From: Podarcis bocagei
Lineage: Eukaryota
DNA length: 64,000 bases
Direction: 5' to 3' (one strand)
NCBI GenBank assembly: GCA_964188305.1
Contig: OZ076890.1
Part shown: positions 1 through 13,067 of the stretch, in pieces
Position numbering within the stretch: position 1 is the first letter of the stretch
Layout: each line of letters starts with the position of its first letter
Notes under the pieces: model-generated
The model's database searches: none
What the model saw: only the letters and a program-made list of their open reading frames with translations
What the model was told of the DNA's origin: nothing
Translations under genes and position numbers: made by a program

Positions 1-3000
1 AAACTAAGGAACATATTTGGCATTTACAATGACAATGTTTGCCAAACGCTTCTTTACTGTAGCATTTTGTTCAGTTTGCAGTGGGCATATGAACCCTTAG
101 TAGTCTCTAGCTTCATGTTTTAGTACCTCAGGTTTCAGAGGAAATCCTTTCATATAAGAAAAATCTAATTCTCCCTTTGCACTCCACTGTCGAGACTTGT
201 GAATTTCCTGTGCTTTTCTTTTTGAGAATGGCACATTTATGAATTTGGAAGTTTACACTTTCATAATGAAATGGGTATAAATGACAGAAGATTATCACTG
301 ATGACACCGCATAATGCTTTTCTATATCGGCTTATGTTTTGCTTACATGGATTTTGTTTTGATGATTTTCAGGTGTTGGTGAATGTGATGGAAATGTTTA
401 ATCTGTTTTTTAAAACTACATATGTCTGTTCTGCCGGTGCCAGGCCTAAGCAGTCTTAGTTTTGGTTGATGTGTAAGTGAATCACGAGTAGCTAAGTGGA
501 TCTTTCTGGGACTTTCTGGTGAGATAGTTTAAAACGTCACCCCAGCACCCTTCAGGAATCCTATCACCTTATTTGAGTGTGCATTTCTTGAGTCGGGTGG
601 GGATAGGAGCCACCAAAAATGTTGCACCCACAGCACTATCACAGTTTCAAAGAGAAAGGGCAAGACAGAAGCCACACACAAAGGGCAGAATACCGATAAA
701 AGTGACATGTAAGAGAGAGAGAGTATATTGGCAGATACAGCTTTTCTCACTGCTGTGTAATGAAATCTTTATGCTAAAATTTCCTATTTTAATGCTATTA
801 AATAGAAAAAGTTCATTGCAACTTTTATCCTAGACACTAGAAGAGAAAGAACATCTGCAGGAGGAAATAAAACAAAATTGGTGCCTTGTTACAGATTAGG
901 ATAGTGGAATGAAGCATTGTATTTTAGTTGAAATAAATATAAATGTTTCAAGTAAGATGTTTTAAAATGGTATACTATTCAATTCTGTGTTTGGAAAAAA
1001 TATTTTTCTGGTAATTCAAATTCCACTATCTAATATGAAAGAACCTGATCTAGAAACTAAATTATGTCATTGTGGATATCCTTACTGATATGTTACAGAC
1101 AAGATGGATGAGAGGCTAAGTTTTCAAAGCAAGTGACATTAGGCCAAGCTGAGTAAAGACAACTCCTAATTGATGGGAATGTTGTCTGTGAGTTCTGATG
1201 TTTACTTTCAGATTTAACTGTTTAATTAAGGAGGCCTTGTGCTCCTCATTCAGATGTTGGTGTATATAGTTTCAAGGTTATAACATACAAGAACTTACAA
1301 CCATCTTGTAAGATTGTTGGGCGCTATTAGTGCTTGTTCCCCTTAGAGGTTCTTTAGATTTAAGGAATGTCATACTAGACCATCCTAGTTTACTGAATCT
1401 ATTCAGTCATGGTATTTCACATGTAAAATGTCACTATTATAATCTGAAACACAGTATTTCATGCTTAGAAATACAGTTTGATCTTATATTTTAGTAGTCT
1501 GGCAGACATAAAACACAATTACATGTTTGGATAAAAATGAGTGACATGTTTTTTATATGTTTTACTAACACAGTCCTACAAATCACACCAGATGTTTGAT
1601 AGCATCCTTTTTTACCTGCAGGAGCACATTCAAGGGGCCAAATTGCTTTACCACCCTTGGTATGAAAAGTGCTTCATTGTCTTCTGGTGAGGGTGACAAG
1701 AGGAACAAATCCTAAGTTTTTTCCCTAGTATAGTTTTGGGAAAGGGCTTAGGAGTTGTCCCTATCTTCCGCTCTAGCTTCAGCCTAGAGGAAGTTGGGGG
1801 CTGTGCAGAGAGCAGCCCACGGTACTTGGAGCACCTCAACTACCCACCATGCAATTGACTCCCAGCCTTTTCTTTATGTAAACAAATTAATAGAATTTTT
1901 GTTATCAACATTTCATGTTAAATGGAATGTGTGACTCAAATTAAAAATGTTTTGAACTTCATAGCATTTTGACTTGAGCATTATTTTTTTAAAGGTTCAT
2001 TATATACCACTGGTATCATACTTTTTCAGACCAATTAAGGCAAAGACGGCCTATCCAATTTCGCTACCCCTGCCAAAGCCTCACTGGGGTTGAATGGCTG
2101 CGGCTTCTGGCAAGATCTTGCAAGGCTCTTATAAGATCTCATTGGAACCCGGAAACCACCGAAGCTGCTTCTCCTTGCTTCAAAGGGGGCACACCCATGT
2201 AGGAGCCCCTTGGATTCTGCCACCTGAGGCGACTGCCTCAGTCTCCCTCAAGGATGGGTTGGACCAGAATTGAGTCCTCAGCCACTTGACTTCAGGGTCT
2301 CTGCAGCACAATGTTATTTGACAAATCACTAAGTCAGACTAGTGTTTTAAAAGGGAGTTGCTTCTGTTTGTCCAGTATTCTGATGATAGCTTGATGACCA
2401 TCCAAAATACTTCTATCTAGTTAAACAGAAAAGTTCTACACAAATGGTAAATGCTATTAATATTAGCCAGTATTATTTGAAGGTTTAAGTTTTTTGTTTG
2501 TTTGTTGTTGTTTTTAGGACTGTGCAGTTTGAAGCAAAAATGTGGTATGGAGCAATAACGCTTTAACCCTGCTGTCCACCCATTTAGTTCTCTTCCCTGC
2601 ACTGCCATGTAGGGTTCCCAATGTGTGTTGGCCTCTCAGAATGTACATTTGGAGCACCTTTCCACTTTTATATCCCCCACCTGAACCTGAATATTGGACT
2701 CTGCTTGTAGAGGTCTGGTTCACATCCTCACTTTAGCTGACTGGGAGACTAGAACGTCATTCAGCCATGACGGTTTACCTATAGTTGGATAAAAGAGATA
2801 ATCCTATATAAATTGAGCTCTTTGGAGGAAAAGCAAGATATAAAATATTAATTTCAAAAATATATAAAATTGACATACTAGAATTTATTGTGTATCTGTC
2901 ACTGAAATGTTGTTAAAGCCATATGCTAGGTATACTTGCAGATCACTGTTTTGATTTTACTAGAGAATGTCTAAAGGCTATTTAGCAGAATTTCTGATTT

Positions 3001-3492
3001 GCTTGTTTAAAACAAAATCAAGCTTTTATGTATGTCTTGCCACTTTTCGCCACATCTTAGTGAACTTACAGTGTGCTGTAGGTATGGAGGAAATGTAGGA
3101 AGGAAAATGAGTTGTTTGGTGAATCATAGGGCATATGATCAGTGTTTGTTGTTGTATAAAATCACAATCAAAATTGACAAAGTTGCTATTAAATACTATT
3201 TCCTGTGCTAAAAGAGAGTCAGCATAAGCTGAAAAGAAACCTGCAGCAGTAGATTTGCACATAGACCTTAATTGGCCCAATTGACCTTCTGTGCTGTATT
3301 TACAATTGCCTTCAAATTGTAAGCAGATGTTTGAAAAACCTTCATTAATAGGTCCCTAACATCTGTTTCACCTACAATATTGCTCACCAAAGCAGTTGTG
3401 ATTATACATTTATTCCATACATATTTTCTTATTGGTCTTGGATATTTATGCTTCTTTCCAGAATTTTAGATAGGGTCTTGCTGGTTGTTGTT

Positions 3493-3546
3493 TTCTTCTT
3501 CTTCTTCTTCTTCTTCTTCTTCTTCTTCTTCTTCTTCTTCTTCTTC
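3493..3546 (+). repeat. (TTC)18 microsatellite
   Basis: Perfect trinucleotide run. Confidence 0.97.
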
Positions 3547-5339
3547 CCTACATTGTGGATTACCTCTGTAAGTACAGCGCAGTAGCAGCTGAGGTCTACC
3601 ATTATTTTTATTTTTATTTTAAAAAACCACCAAAAGTTTGCTGTTCTGTACCAGTATTACCTTTTGAGATATGATAGAATTAAACAGACACGAAATATAA
3701 CTCCCATCTAAAATGGTCAGGTATTTCTCTTAATGTTTTGGAAAATATTATTTTGAACATTCTTACATATTTTGAACATTGCTTACCTATTAGAATGTAT
3801 ATTCTGTCCTTTGTATTTTTGTATATCTTCAGTTTATGAAATATTTTTACAAAGCTCAGAGTTGAATATTTAACTTCTTATTGCTAGTTATCCTGCCTTC
3901 TTGACCAATAAATATAATTTGCAGCTGAACTCTTGTATTGACAAATACACAATTGTAAAACATAGAGGTTTTTCATATGTACATCTAAGTACATATTAGG
4001 TATGCATATTAGGATTGTGCCCCCATCCTGTCCCGAATATGTATATTCTCTGGGTAGGACCACCTCTTATTTCAATATTGGATGTAGCTGGAAACCCTCA
4101 TTGCAAAAGTAGACTTTTATCATAACTATTATTAATACAGAGGCATTGTAGGTTAATTAATATATGGCAGTCTGCCCAGAGCAAATGTGTGAAAACGTAT
4201 TTGGGGATTTTGACATGCCATTTGATAGAAATCTAGTTAGGATATAGCATTTCTTGTTCTGCCAGACTGTTTCTATTTAACAGGTGTGCTAAGTGGTCTG
4301 TCAAAGTTCTGGGAGCGAAATGTTAGCAAAGATGCATTAGAAAACAGACAGAGGGGCTCGAGACACAGGAAGCAGGTCCAGCCTGGAAGCTCATAGAGGC
4401 CAGGTCCTGTCATGTGCTGTGTTCTAATCAATCAAGAATAAAGTTTCTTATAGGACTGGTTAATCCCCCCTGCCCCAGTTTTCCCTCCTTCTCAGACCTT
4501 TGTGTGGCATATCCCTGAGTACCAGTGTCTGATATCCCAACTTTAGGGACTTGCTGCAGGTTTTAGTTCTGATAGGTGCTGACTGATCTACTTGGATCTA
4601 GTTGCAGTCTCAAGTGTTTCACCAGCAAGTCAATGAGGCAGTAATTACTTTCAAGGAAAACATGTTTAGGTCTCAATGTAAATGTGGTCTGAATCTAGTG
4701 CTTCTTTACTTGGACTGTAAGAGCCTATTTTTCAAAGTAGAAGTAAGAATAAATAGATACTGTTGTGTACATTTAATTAGTTTATCAAAATCCACTGGTA
4801 TAAAACAAAACTGAAGCTGTTGCAAAAGGGCTTACATGTTATGTTTGATTATAGTTAAATCTATGGTTTTTATGTACATACTTTGTGCCTATTTTTATAG
4901 ACATGTCAGTTAATGAAATTTAGGTAATCTCTCCCTTTTAAATAATCTAGTCAAGTAGATTTAGAATAATTTTGCATATTACCTAGTCTTTAATATTTGT
5001 GGGTTGTGATATATTGAAAGAACTGAGAACCTAATGTCATAAGCAAAACCTGCTACTCGCTGTTAGATATTTCATTCTCTATTACAGTAACATACTAGAC
5101 AGAACAGCCTCAGAGTACTTAACAGCCCTACAAATTAAAAATTGTGCTTGGTGATTAAAATTTGTGCTTGGTGATAAAAATTAGCCATCACAGATTAAAC
5201 CAGTCGAAAAGGGAGAGACTACTTCAGTAGCATAAAAAAACCACACCATTAGGAGTAGAATAAGAAGAGTGTGTTAAGCTAGCACAGAGAGTGAAACCGT
5301 GAGTGGGGAAGGAAGGATTAGCAAGGAACACTTTTAGTC

Positions 5340-5522
5340 AGGCCCATAGCTCAGTGTTGGAACATATGCTTTGCATTTAGAAGGTCTCAGGTTTAATCAG
5401 TAGCCTCGCCAGGTAGGACTGGGAAAGAAACTTGTCTTAAAAACCCTAGACACTCACTGCCAGTTAGTGAACTAGTTAGACCAACAGTCTGACTCCATGT
5501 CAGGCCCCTTCTTAGGTTCCTA
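5340..5522 (+). mobile_element. Degenerate tRNA-derived SINE (Squam2/AnolisSINE2-like) with a CR1-like tail
   Basis: tRNA-like head (ggcccatagctcagtg...aggtttaatc), body aggtaggactgggaaaga, tail cttcttaggttccta. Family name is from recall. Confidence 0.6.
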
Positions 5523-6982
5523 TAATTGTTCATCCTTGAGGAAAGGAGTAGCTGTGGTTCACATGGTTTGTCATTTTCAACATTATTCCTGCACTGTGGG
5601 ATGCTGGCCATGCAGAAGCTGCAACCATACAGGAATGGCACATAACATAGGAGCCAACCCCTAGGGGCTGAAGTCCCCTTTGCCCCCTCTAAAATGGGCA
5701 TTGCCATTTAAATGGTGCGTGTGATCAAAGATTCAAGTTGGCAGGCCTGGCACATAAGAACTAGGCTGTAGAACTCTGTGCATTCAGAGGTTTCTCATGC
5801 TTTTCTGTAAGAAGAAGAACCCCCCCCTCCCCCAACAGCAAAAACCCTAGTTTCCATAGATTAACTTTAAAAGTTGTTTTCGTTTATATTAGAGGACATG
5901 GACATTAACTTCAAAGTGTATGCTCCTTACAAAGACTACAGCTATAGTGTTAGGAAAAGGTCTGAGTCCATGACTAGAATTTCATGGATTCATATTGTGC
6001 AATGCGAAAACAGTAGCAGTCATTATAAGCTTGGCAAAATGTCCATGATTGCAGATGACTTGCAGATTTGTCTAAAATTATTCCTCAGTAAGGAAAACAG
6101 TTCCATCAATGTGTAAAATTGCTATTCATTTATCTGGGTTTGACCTTAGGCGATCTTTCTAATATTTAGTTACTCTCACATGTTATAGTTTTGCAGGGAA
6201 GTAAAAAGAGGATTTTAAAGCTGACATTCTTGTGAGCCATGTTGAGAGCTTTTGTTTTTAGAGTTGTAGCACTGCCCATTGCCTACGGTGCAAGTCTCTC
6301 TTCTATGAGAAACCGTGTAGAAGACATTTTATTACTCTAACATTTTAATTCTCACTGGAATAAATTAGTTTTTGAAAACTGTCAGTGCAGACTTTCTTGT
6401 ACTGTAAAATCATCAGAATTAGGCAAAGTCTTGATATCATGCATTATATTATATCTAATATAATTTTAATTAATGCATGTAAAATAAGTAAGGTCTGTAG
6501 CTTATATCTCCTTTTCTTTAAGAAAAAGTGGCTGATAGCAGGGATTACTAGATTGTTTTTAAAAGTCACTTTTGAAAACTGTGAACATTTATTTCATTTT
6601 CTTGACTTAGGTAATTTACATAGTAACCTAGTGTTGTCATTTTGGTTTGTTTAATTTTGAACTCATAGAAAAGTGTGGTAAAAAGAGTGAAAATCTTTGG
6701 CACATAATTTTTAACAGGGTTCATTTTTTTAAAAATAAGCAAAAGCTTGAAGGTATACCATTGCTTTATCCACTAATTCACTGCCATATAGCCTGAGGTG
6801 CATGCTGTTATTCCCTCCCCAACTTCTTAGTTTGAGTAAACAGTAGTTTATCATTAGTATTAAAATTGGCAACCTGTGCTTTTCCAGTTTGAATGTCAAG
6901 GGCAGAGTAAACTTTACATGAACCAGGAAGTCAGTGACAGAATATGCAAGCCTAAGGCTTAGACCTATGGCCAAATCAGCAC

Positions 6983-7040
<58 letters not shown>

Positions 7041-8880
7041 TATTGCTTATACCCTCCCATCTGGCTGGGCTTCCCCAGCCACTCTGGGCGGCTTCCAACA
7101 GGAGATTAAAAATACATCAAAACATCAGTCACTAAAAAACTTCCCCAAACAGGGCTACCTTCAGATTTCTTCTAAACTTCAGGTAGTTGTTTATTCCTTT
7201 GACATCTGATGGGAGGGTGTTCCACAGGGCAGGAGCCACTACCGAGAAGGCTCTCTGCCTGGTTCCCTGTAACTTGGCTTCTCACAGTGAGGGAACCACC
7301 AGAAGGCCCTCAGCGCTGGACCTCAGTGTCTGGGCCGTATGATGGGGTGGAGACGCTCCTTCAGGTATACTGGGCTGAGGCTGTTTAGGGCTTTAAAGGT
7401 CAGCACCAACACTTTGAATTGTGGTGGGAAACGTACTGGGAGCCAAGACCGGTGGTATGTGGTCTCGGCAGCTGCTCCCAGTCACCAGCCTAGCTGCCAC
7501 ATTCTGCATTAATTGTAGTTTCTGGGTCACGTTCAAAGGTAGCCATCCATCCTCGAACTGCTTCTAGGCACTCTCACAGGATCTTGACCACCTTCACTGG
7601 TTCCGATTTGAAAGAGAGGTAGAGCTGGGTATCATCTGCATACTGATGAACACCCAGCCCAACCCCCCGATGATCTCTCCCAGCGGCTTCATATAGATGT
7701 TAAAAAAGCATGGGGGAGAGGACAGAACCCTGAGGCACCCCACAAGTGAGGGCCCAAGGGTCTGAACATTCATCCCCCACCACCACTTTCTGGACATGGC
7801 CCAGGAGGAAGGAGTGGAACCACTGTATAACAGTGCCCCCAGCTCCCAGCTCCTCTAGATGTCCAGAAGGATGTTATGGTCGATGGTGTCAAAGGCCACT
7901 GAGAGAACTAGGAAACAGCTTTCACCTTTGTCCCTACTCTGCCGGAGATCATCGACCAGCGCGACCAAGGCAGTTTCAGTCCCATGAAGGGATCCAAATG
8001 GTCCGCATCCTCCAGGCATGCTTGGAGTTGTTCAGCAATCTCCCGCTCAATCACCTGGCCCAAGAATGGAAGATTTGAGATTGGGAGATAGTTGGCCATA
8101 TTGGCCAGATCTAAAGATGGTTTTTTAAAGAAGCGGTTTAATGACTGCCTCTTTTAGCGTGTCTGGGAATGCTCCCTCAAAGAGGGAAACATTCACCACC
8201 CCACAGAGCCCATCGCCCAGCCCTTCCTGGCTCGCTTTTATTTTCAAGGAGGCAGGTGGTTGGTTTCACTCATCCAAGCAGCCTGTCCACATCCTCGGAG
8301 GTAACAGATTGGAGGTGATTCTATGCAACTTGACTAGACAGGACTCTCCCTTCCCAGCCCTGTTCCCATGGTGGAGTCTACCTCCTTCTGAATCTGAGCG
8401 ACTTTATCTGCAAAAAAACTTAGCAAAATCGTTGCAGGAGATCTTGGGGACTTTACAAGGCCCCGATGGCAAAGGTGGTTCCGTTAAATTGCGAACCACC
8501 TGAAAGAGCCTCCTGCTGCTATTTTCTGCAGATGCAATAGAGGCGGTGAAGAAGGTCCTCTTCGCCGTCGCTATCACCACTTGGTAGGCTCGACGTTGAG
8601 CTCTAACCCGTGTCCGGTCTGATTCAGAATGAGTTTTCTGCCACCAGTGCTCTAGCCGTCTCAGCGATTGTTTCCTCGCCCTCATCTCCGGTGAAAACCA
8701 CAGGGCTTTCCGGGCTTCATGCAATTGGAGAGGGCACTTCGGACTCAGACACTCTGCTTTGCAGCGGGCCACCAGGGAATCAGCTGAAAGGCCATCAAGG
8801 TGGGATAAAGCATCCCCTACCACTCTCTAGAAACCATTTGGATCCATTAAGTGGCATGGGCGGACCATCCAAATTGGTCC
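6983..8880 (-). mobile_element. 5'-truncated, internally deleted L2-clade LINE with an (AAT)n tail
   Basis: Minus-strand RT motifs YADDTQLY (7642-7619), GVPQGSVLSP (about 7741-7712) and NYLPISNLPFL. An upstream ORF2 segment reads AKRTFFTASIASAENSSRRLFQVV. The 3' end abuts the (TAT)n tract at 6983-7040; frameshifted. Confidence 0.9.
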
Positions 8881-10084
8881 CACATCCCTGCAGAGGGGAA
8901 GGGTCACAGAGAAGTCCAGTTGGACCAGGTATTTACATGCATGTTCTATCTAATACTGTACTGAAAATGAATGTTGGTCTAAATAACTTGGTATTGTCTA
9001 CTCTAAGGAGAAAATAAATCATGGACAAGCTATTGAAAAGTGGCTAGAATGTTTGACATTTTGAGTGTAGAAGCACCTACTGGAGTGGGTGCTGAACACA
9101 CTAGGGTTCAAGATGCATACTTTACTCTTATAAATATACACCAGCTGTGTGAGTGTGGGCATACTTTTTCTTTCTTTCTTTTTTGGTGTGTGAGCCACTC
9201 CCTAAAATTGTAGTTGGGGGCAGCCTTTTTCAAATGACTTGTCAGTTCTTAATTATATTCATAACGTAAGCACTTTGTAAAATATCCACATAATTCCAGT
9301 CACTTATTAGACTTGTCAGTTATTAACTAGTTGTAAAAAAGGAAATCTAATACATGTACCATTATTCCTTAAGTCATCAGCTAAGGTGAAATGTGTGCAA
9401 ATTGCCTGTTTGAAATGTTGTGAGTTCTAGAAAGCTTTGTGTGATTTGCAGTGTGTATATTCAGAATTCAGATTGAAAGAAAAACATTTAGAATCTTTAG
9501 TTAATTCCACAGATGCTGATCTAATACTTTAAACCATAAGATAGAGTGGGTTATTCTTATATTTTTTGTAAATTATGCTTATACGGTGCTATAGTAAATA
9601 GGATTTTCTCAATTAATCAAATTTACAGATTAGCTCCTTATTGATCACAACTATTTTATGCTGAAGATCAATGGTAATGTATTTTAAATCTTTAATTGTT
9701 AATCCTTTTAAAAAATGTAACATTGATTGGTATAATCCTTGCTAATTCTTTTGGTGCTGTGAAGTACTTTCTGAGCTCACTAAATGCATTTAGGCAAGTG
9801 AAATTTCATGTTTCCAATTTCATGTTTCCAAGCAGTATTCAGTTGTCTTATCTGTTAAATATATTTATTTGCTATAGCTATGAATGAAAAGGCTGGAAGA
9901 TGAAAGGCTTTCTCAGTTTAATTGTTCATTACTATGTACAGAGTTTTATAATTTCCCACACATATTTTTCTCTCCAGAATATCTTACCACCAGGAATGTA
10001 GTAGCATTTTGGAGAGTCTCCAATGATTGGTTCAATCCAAATGGTGAATGGCAGTCATGTATGTTAAGTTGCCATTGCTGTATA

Positions 10085-10325
10085 CAGTGGTACCTCTAGT
10101 TACGAACTTAATTCATTCTGGAGGCCCGCTTTTAACTTGAAACTGTTCTTAACTAGAGGTGTGCTTTCGCTAATGGGGCCTCTTGCTGTTGCTGCGCCGC
10201 CGGCACATGATTTCCGTTCTCATCCTAGGGCAAATTTCTCAACTCGAGGTAACTCTTCCAGGTTAGCAGAGTTTGTAACCTGAAGCATTTGTAACCTGAG
10301 GCATTTGTAACTCGAGGTACCACAG
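10085..10325. mobile_element. Tc1/mariner (Tigger/pogo-like) MITE
   Basis: TIRs cagtggtacctc and gaggtaccacag (1 mismatch), TA on both sides; repeated gtaacc(t/c)ga motifs near the right end. Confidence 0.85.
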
Positions 10326-10689
10326 TATGAAGGTGTTTTCCATAGCATTCAGTGAACCAATTCCGAAAGGTTTGTGTGAGGATAAAATCACAATACTCAA
10401 TTTTAGTATTGTACTGGCAAGCAGGAGCTCCCCTTCCCCCAATTCTGAGAGTGGTGGGTGTTGTTTTTAACTTCCTTGAGGGCTTCTCAGAAGCATCTCA
10501 CCAACCACTGTTATAAATAGGTTGCTGGAATACATGGAATTCTGGCCTGGTCAAATAGAGCTTTTCTTAAATACTTAATCTTCTAACTCCAGAGGCTTGC
10601 TGCCTCTTGAGGCACTACAGCCTATCCTGGTCATTCAGAGACCCATTTGGAAACAATATTTGCAAAAAATGTTTTGTTGGTTTGTTTGC

Positions 10690-10872
10690 CACCCATCTGA
10701 CTGGTTACGCCAGTCTCTCTAGGTGGCTTCCAACAAATTAAAACACAGTAAGACATCAATCATTAAAAACTTCCCTATACAGGGTTGCCTTCAGAAGTCT
10801 TCTAAAAGTCAGATGGTTGACATCTGATGGGAGGGCATTTCACAGGGCGGGTGAGACTACTAAAAAGACCCT
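10690..10872 (-). mobile_element. L2 3'-end fragment, same family as 6983-8880
   Basis: Aligns by eye to 7050-7255 (ggcttccaaca...aaaaacttccc...gacatctgatgggaggg). Confidence 0.8.
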
Positions 10873-10892
10873 AACTGAAGAATCATTTAAAC

Positions 10893-11143
10893 CAGGGGTC
10901 GGCAACCTAAGGCCGATAGGCCACGAGTGGCCCACGGGGGTCGCTTAACCGGCCTACGAGCTGCCCCCAAACCGAGCGACCCGCTTGGCAAGTCCCTGCG
11001 CGCTGCACTAAACTCGCTTCCGCGGCACTGGAAATCGCATCTCCGCAAACGCTGGAAATCGCGGGCGGGCGCACGATCAGGCCTACGGAAGGATCTCCGC
11101 TGGAGTGAACTGGCCCAGGCGAGATAAACCTTGCCGACCCCTG
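10893..11143. mobile_element. Young hAT MITE, 251 bp
   Basis: 13-bp perfect TIR CAGGGGTCGGCAA and perfect 8-bp TSD atttaaac (10885-10892 and 11144-11151). Very CpG-rich. Confidence 0.93.
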
Positions 11144-13035
11144 ATTTAAACACTCTGCTCAGGATAGTTGGTTCTCTTAAGAGAAAATGAGAGAATGCTC
11201 TTTTTAGTATATAGACATTCCTTGGTTCAAGACAGATGACAAATACTGCACAATATAAGAAAAGGCAAGAATACTTTGTCAAGAACACTCTGAAAGAAGA
11301 TGTAAAGTAACAAATCTAGCTTTTCCATTCATGTTTCTTCCTTTGCTCCTGCTTCCATCATTATTTTATACTTACATTAGTCCAATACTCTCTAACTGTA
11401 CACAGGTATGTAGTACAATACATTGGTTAAATATGAACATAATCTGTCACCAAATATTTACCCACCTTAGTTCCCACCTTAGTTCTCACAACTTCCTTAG
11501 TTGCACCTCCTTTTGAACCACAGGTCCTCTGCTATTAATGCAGATTCATTTGGATGTTGAAATAATGAACTATTCATGCTTCAAATTCAAATTGACTGTA
11601 GATAAATTGGGGAAAACAGAAACCCTGGTTTTAGCAATCCTCCTGTTGCTTGAGCATAGTTTGAATCATATGGTGTCTGGTGTGAATGAAATAAGGAATG
11701 ATTAATTATTTCTGCTGTCTCTCATTTTCATCTGCTATAAGCTCATACCATTCCCTCTCATCCCCCAACCCTTAAGACTAACTTTTTAGGGGATGCAGAG
11801 GTTGTAAGAGAAGGAGAGAGAAGGTAAGTACCATTTGGTGAAAAGAACTGAGCTCACAGTTGTTACAGATTCAACCAAATTATATTAACAAGAGTATACA
11901 GCTACGTTTTACATTAAGGTTATGTTTTCATTACATAATAGAATAAAACTGAGAAAACTTGCCCTGTTAAAATATTTCATTTATAAATTTATGTTTTGAG
12001 TACAGTTTTATCTAACGTAATACTTTGAAGAGCTTCATAAACAATAAAAATGTCTAATCAGCACATATGACCAATCTGATTCCTGTGATATGTGACCATT
12101 TTTATAAAGCAGTTCGATAACACTTAACTTTGTAGGTTATGATGACCCCCTTTTTAGTCACTTTGAATGTAGTGTTGTTCTCTAATTGGCTTACCTTGGC
12201 AATCTGATAGTAATTGATATTCTGCTGTGGAAAATTAAGTGCAAACTTAGCTACCACTCAGGGGGAAAGAAAATACCCATTCCTGTATATAAGTGTTTGA
12301 ATAGGAAAACACACTTTTTCAACTTTGATCTCAGTATTTTCTAATATTTAACACAACTTCTGGCCAAATTGTTTTGTTTTCCCCCTTAAATTAATTTGTT
12401 TTAGGATTAAGGAAATTGCCACCTTTCTGTCTCATCTGATGTATCAGAATAACAGCTCAACAAAATACTAGTATAGTTATTCTTGCTCCAAGATATATGT
12501 AACCTTCTTGATGAGTGTAGATCTGCATGGGGCTTGCTACCATGACATATTCCAGGGCACAAAACAATGACCAGAGGCAGACATCTACAACCTAATGCAG
12601 GGGGGGGGGCCTTTTCAACCCAGGGGTTGCATTTCCTTCCAGTGGCCACATGCTGGGTTTGGCAGGGGCAGAGGCAGAAGTGGGCAGTGCAGTGAATCTT
12701 AACTTTGTACAGATGGCTACATTTCAGCCACATATAGTTCACACGCACACAAACAAACTCAGACACATTTCCATCCAGGCGCTCAAGGGGCAATATTATA
12801 GTTCCAGAACATGTTCTAGTCAAACAAAAGCATTCAAGGAAGGCATGGAGCAGTGCCCGTGAGAGATGTGGTTGTGGGAGAGGTACATGACCTAAGGAGG
12901 AGTTATGGTATAAGGACACTCCCATGGGTCAGATAAAAAGGGTGAGAAGAGTGGCTTTATCAATTGCCTTTCTCTTTCCCCCCCACATATATCCAATGTG
13001 ACTGATTGATACTTGCTGATCTTGTTATTTTATAC

Positions 13036-13060
<25 letters not shown>
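13036..13060 (+). repeat. (TAT)n microsatellite
   Basis: Read directly from the sequence. Confidence 0.85.

Positions 13061-13067
<7 letters not shown>

Noticed and set aside
5340-5410. tRNA genes (also the heads at 14572 and 42741)
   Set aside because: The tRNA-like heads continue into SINE bodies and tails, with no intact cloverleaf.
6934-7209. ORF with a poly-Leu, signal-peptide-like stretch
   Set aside because: It is the translation of the (TTA)n tail and antisense 3' end of an L2 element.
8404-8823. 139-aa ORF as a host gene
   Set aside because: It is a fragment of L2 ORF2.
12407-12925. 172-aa minus-strand ORF
   Set aside because: No recognisable domain or splice context; it overlaps what looks like a decayed DNA-transposon-like repeat.
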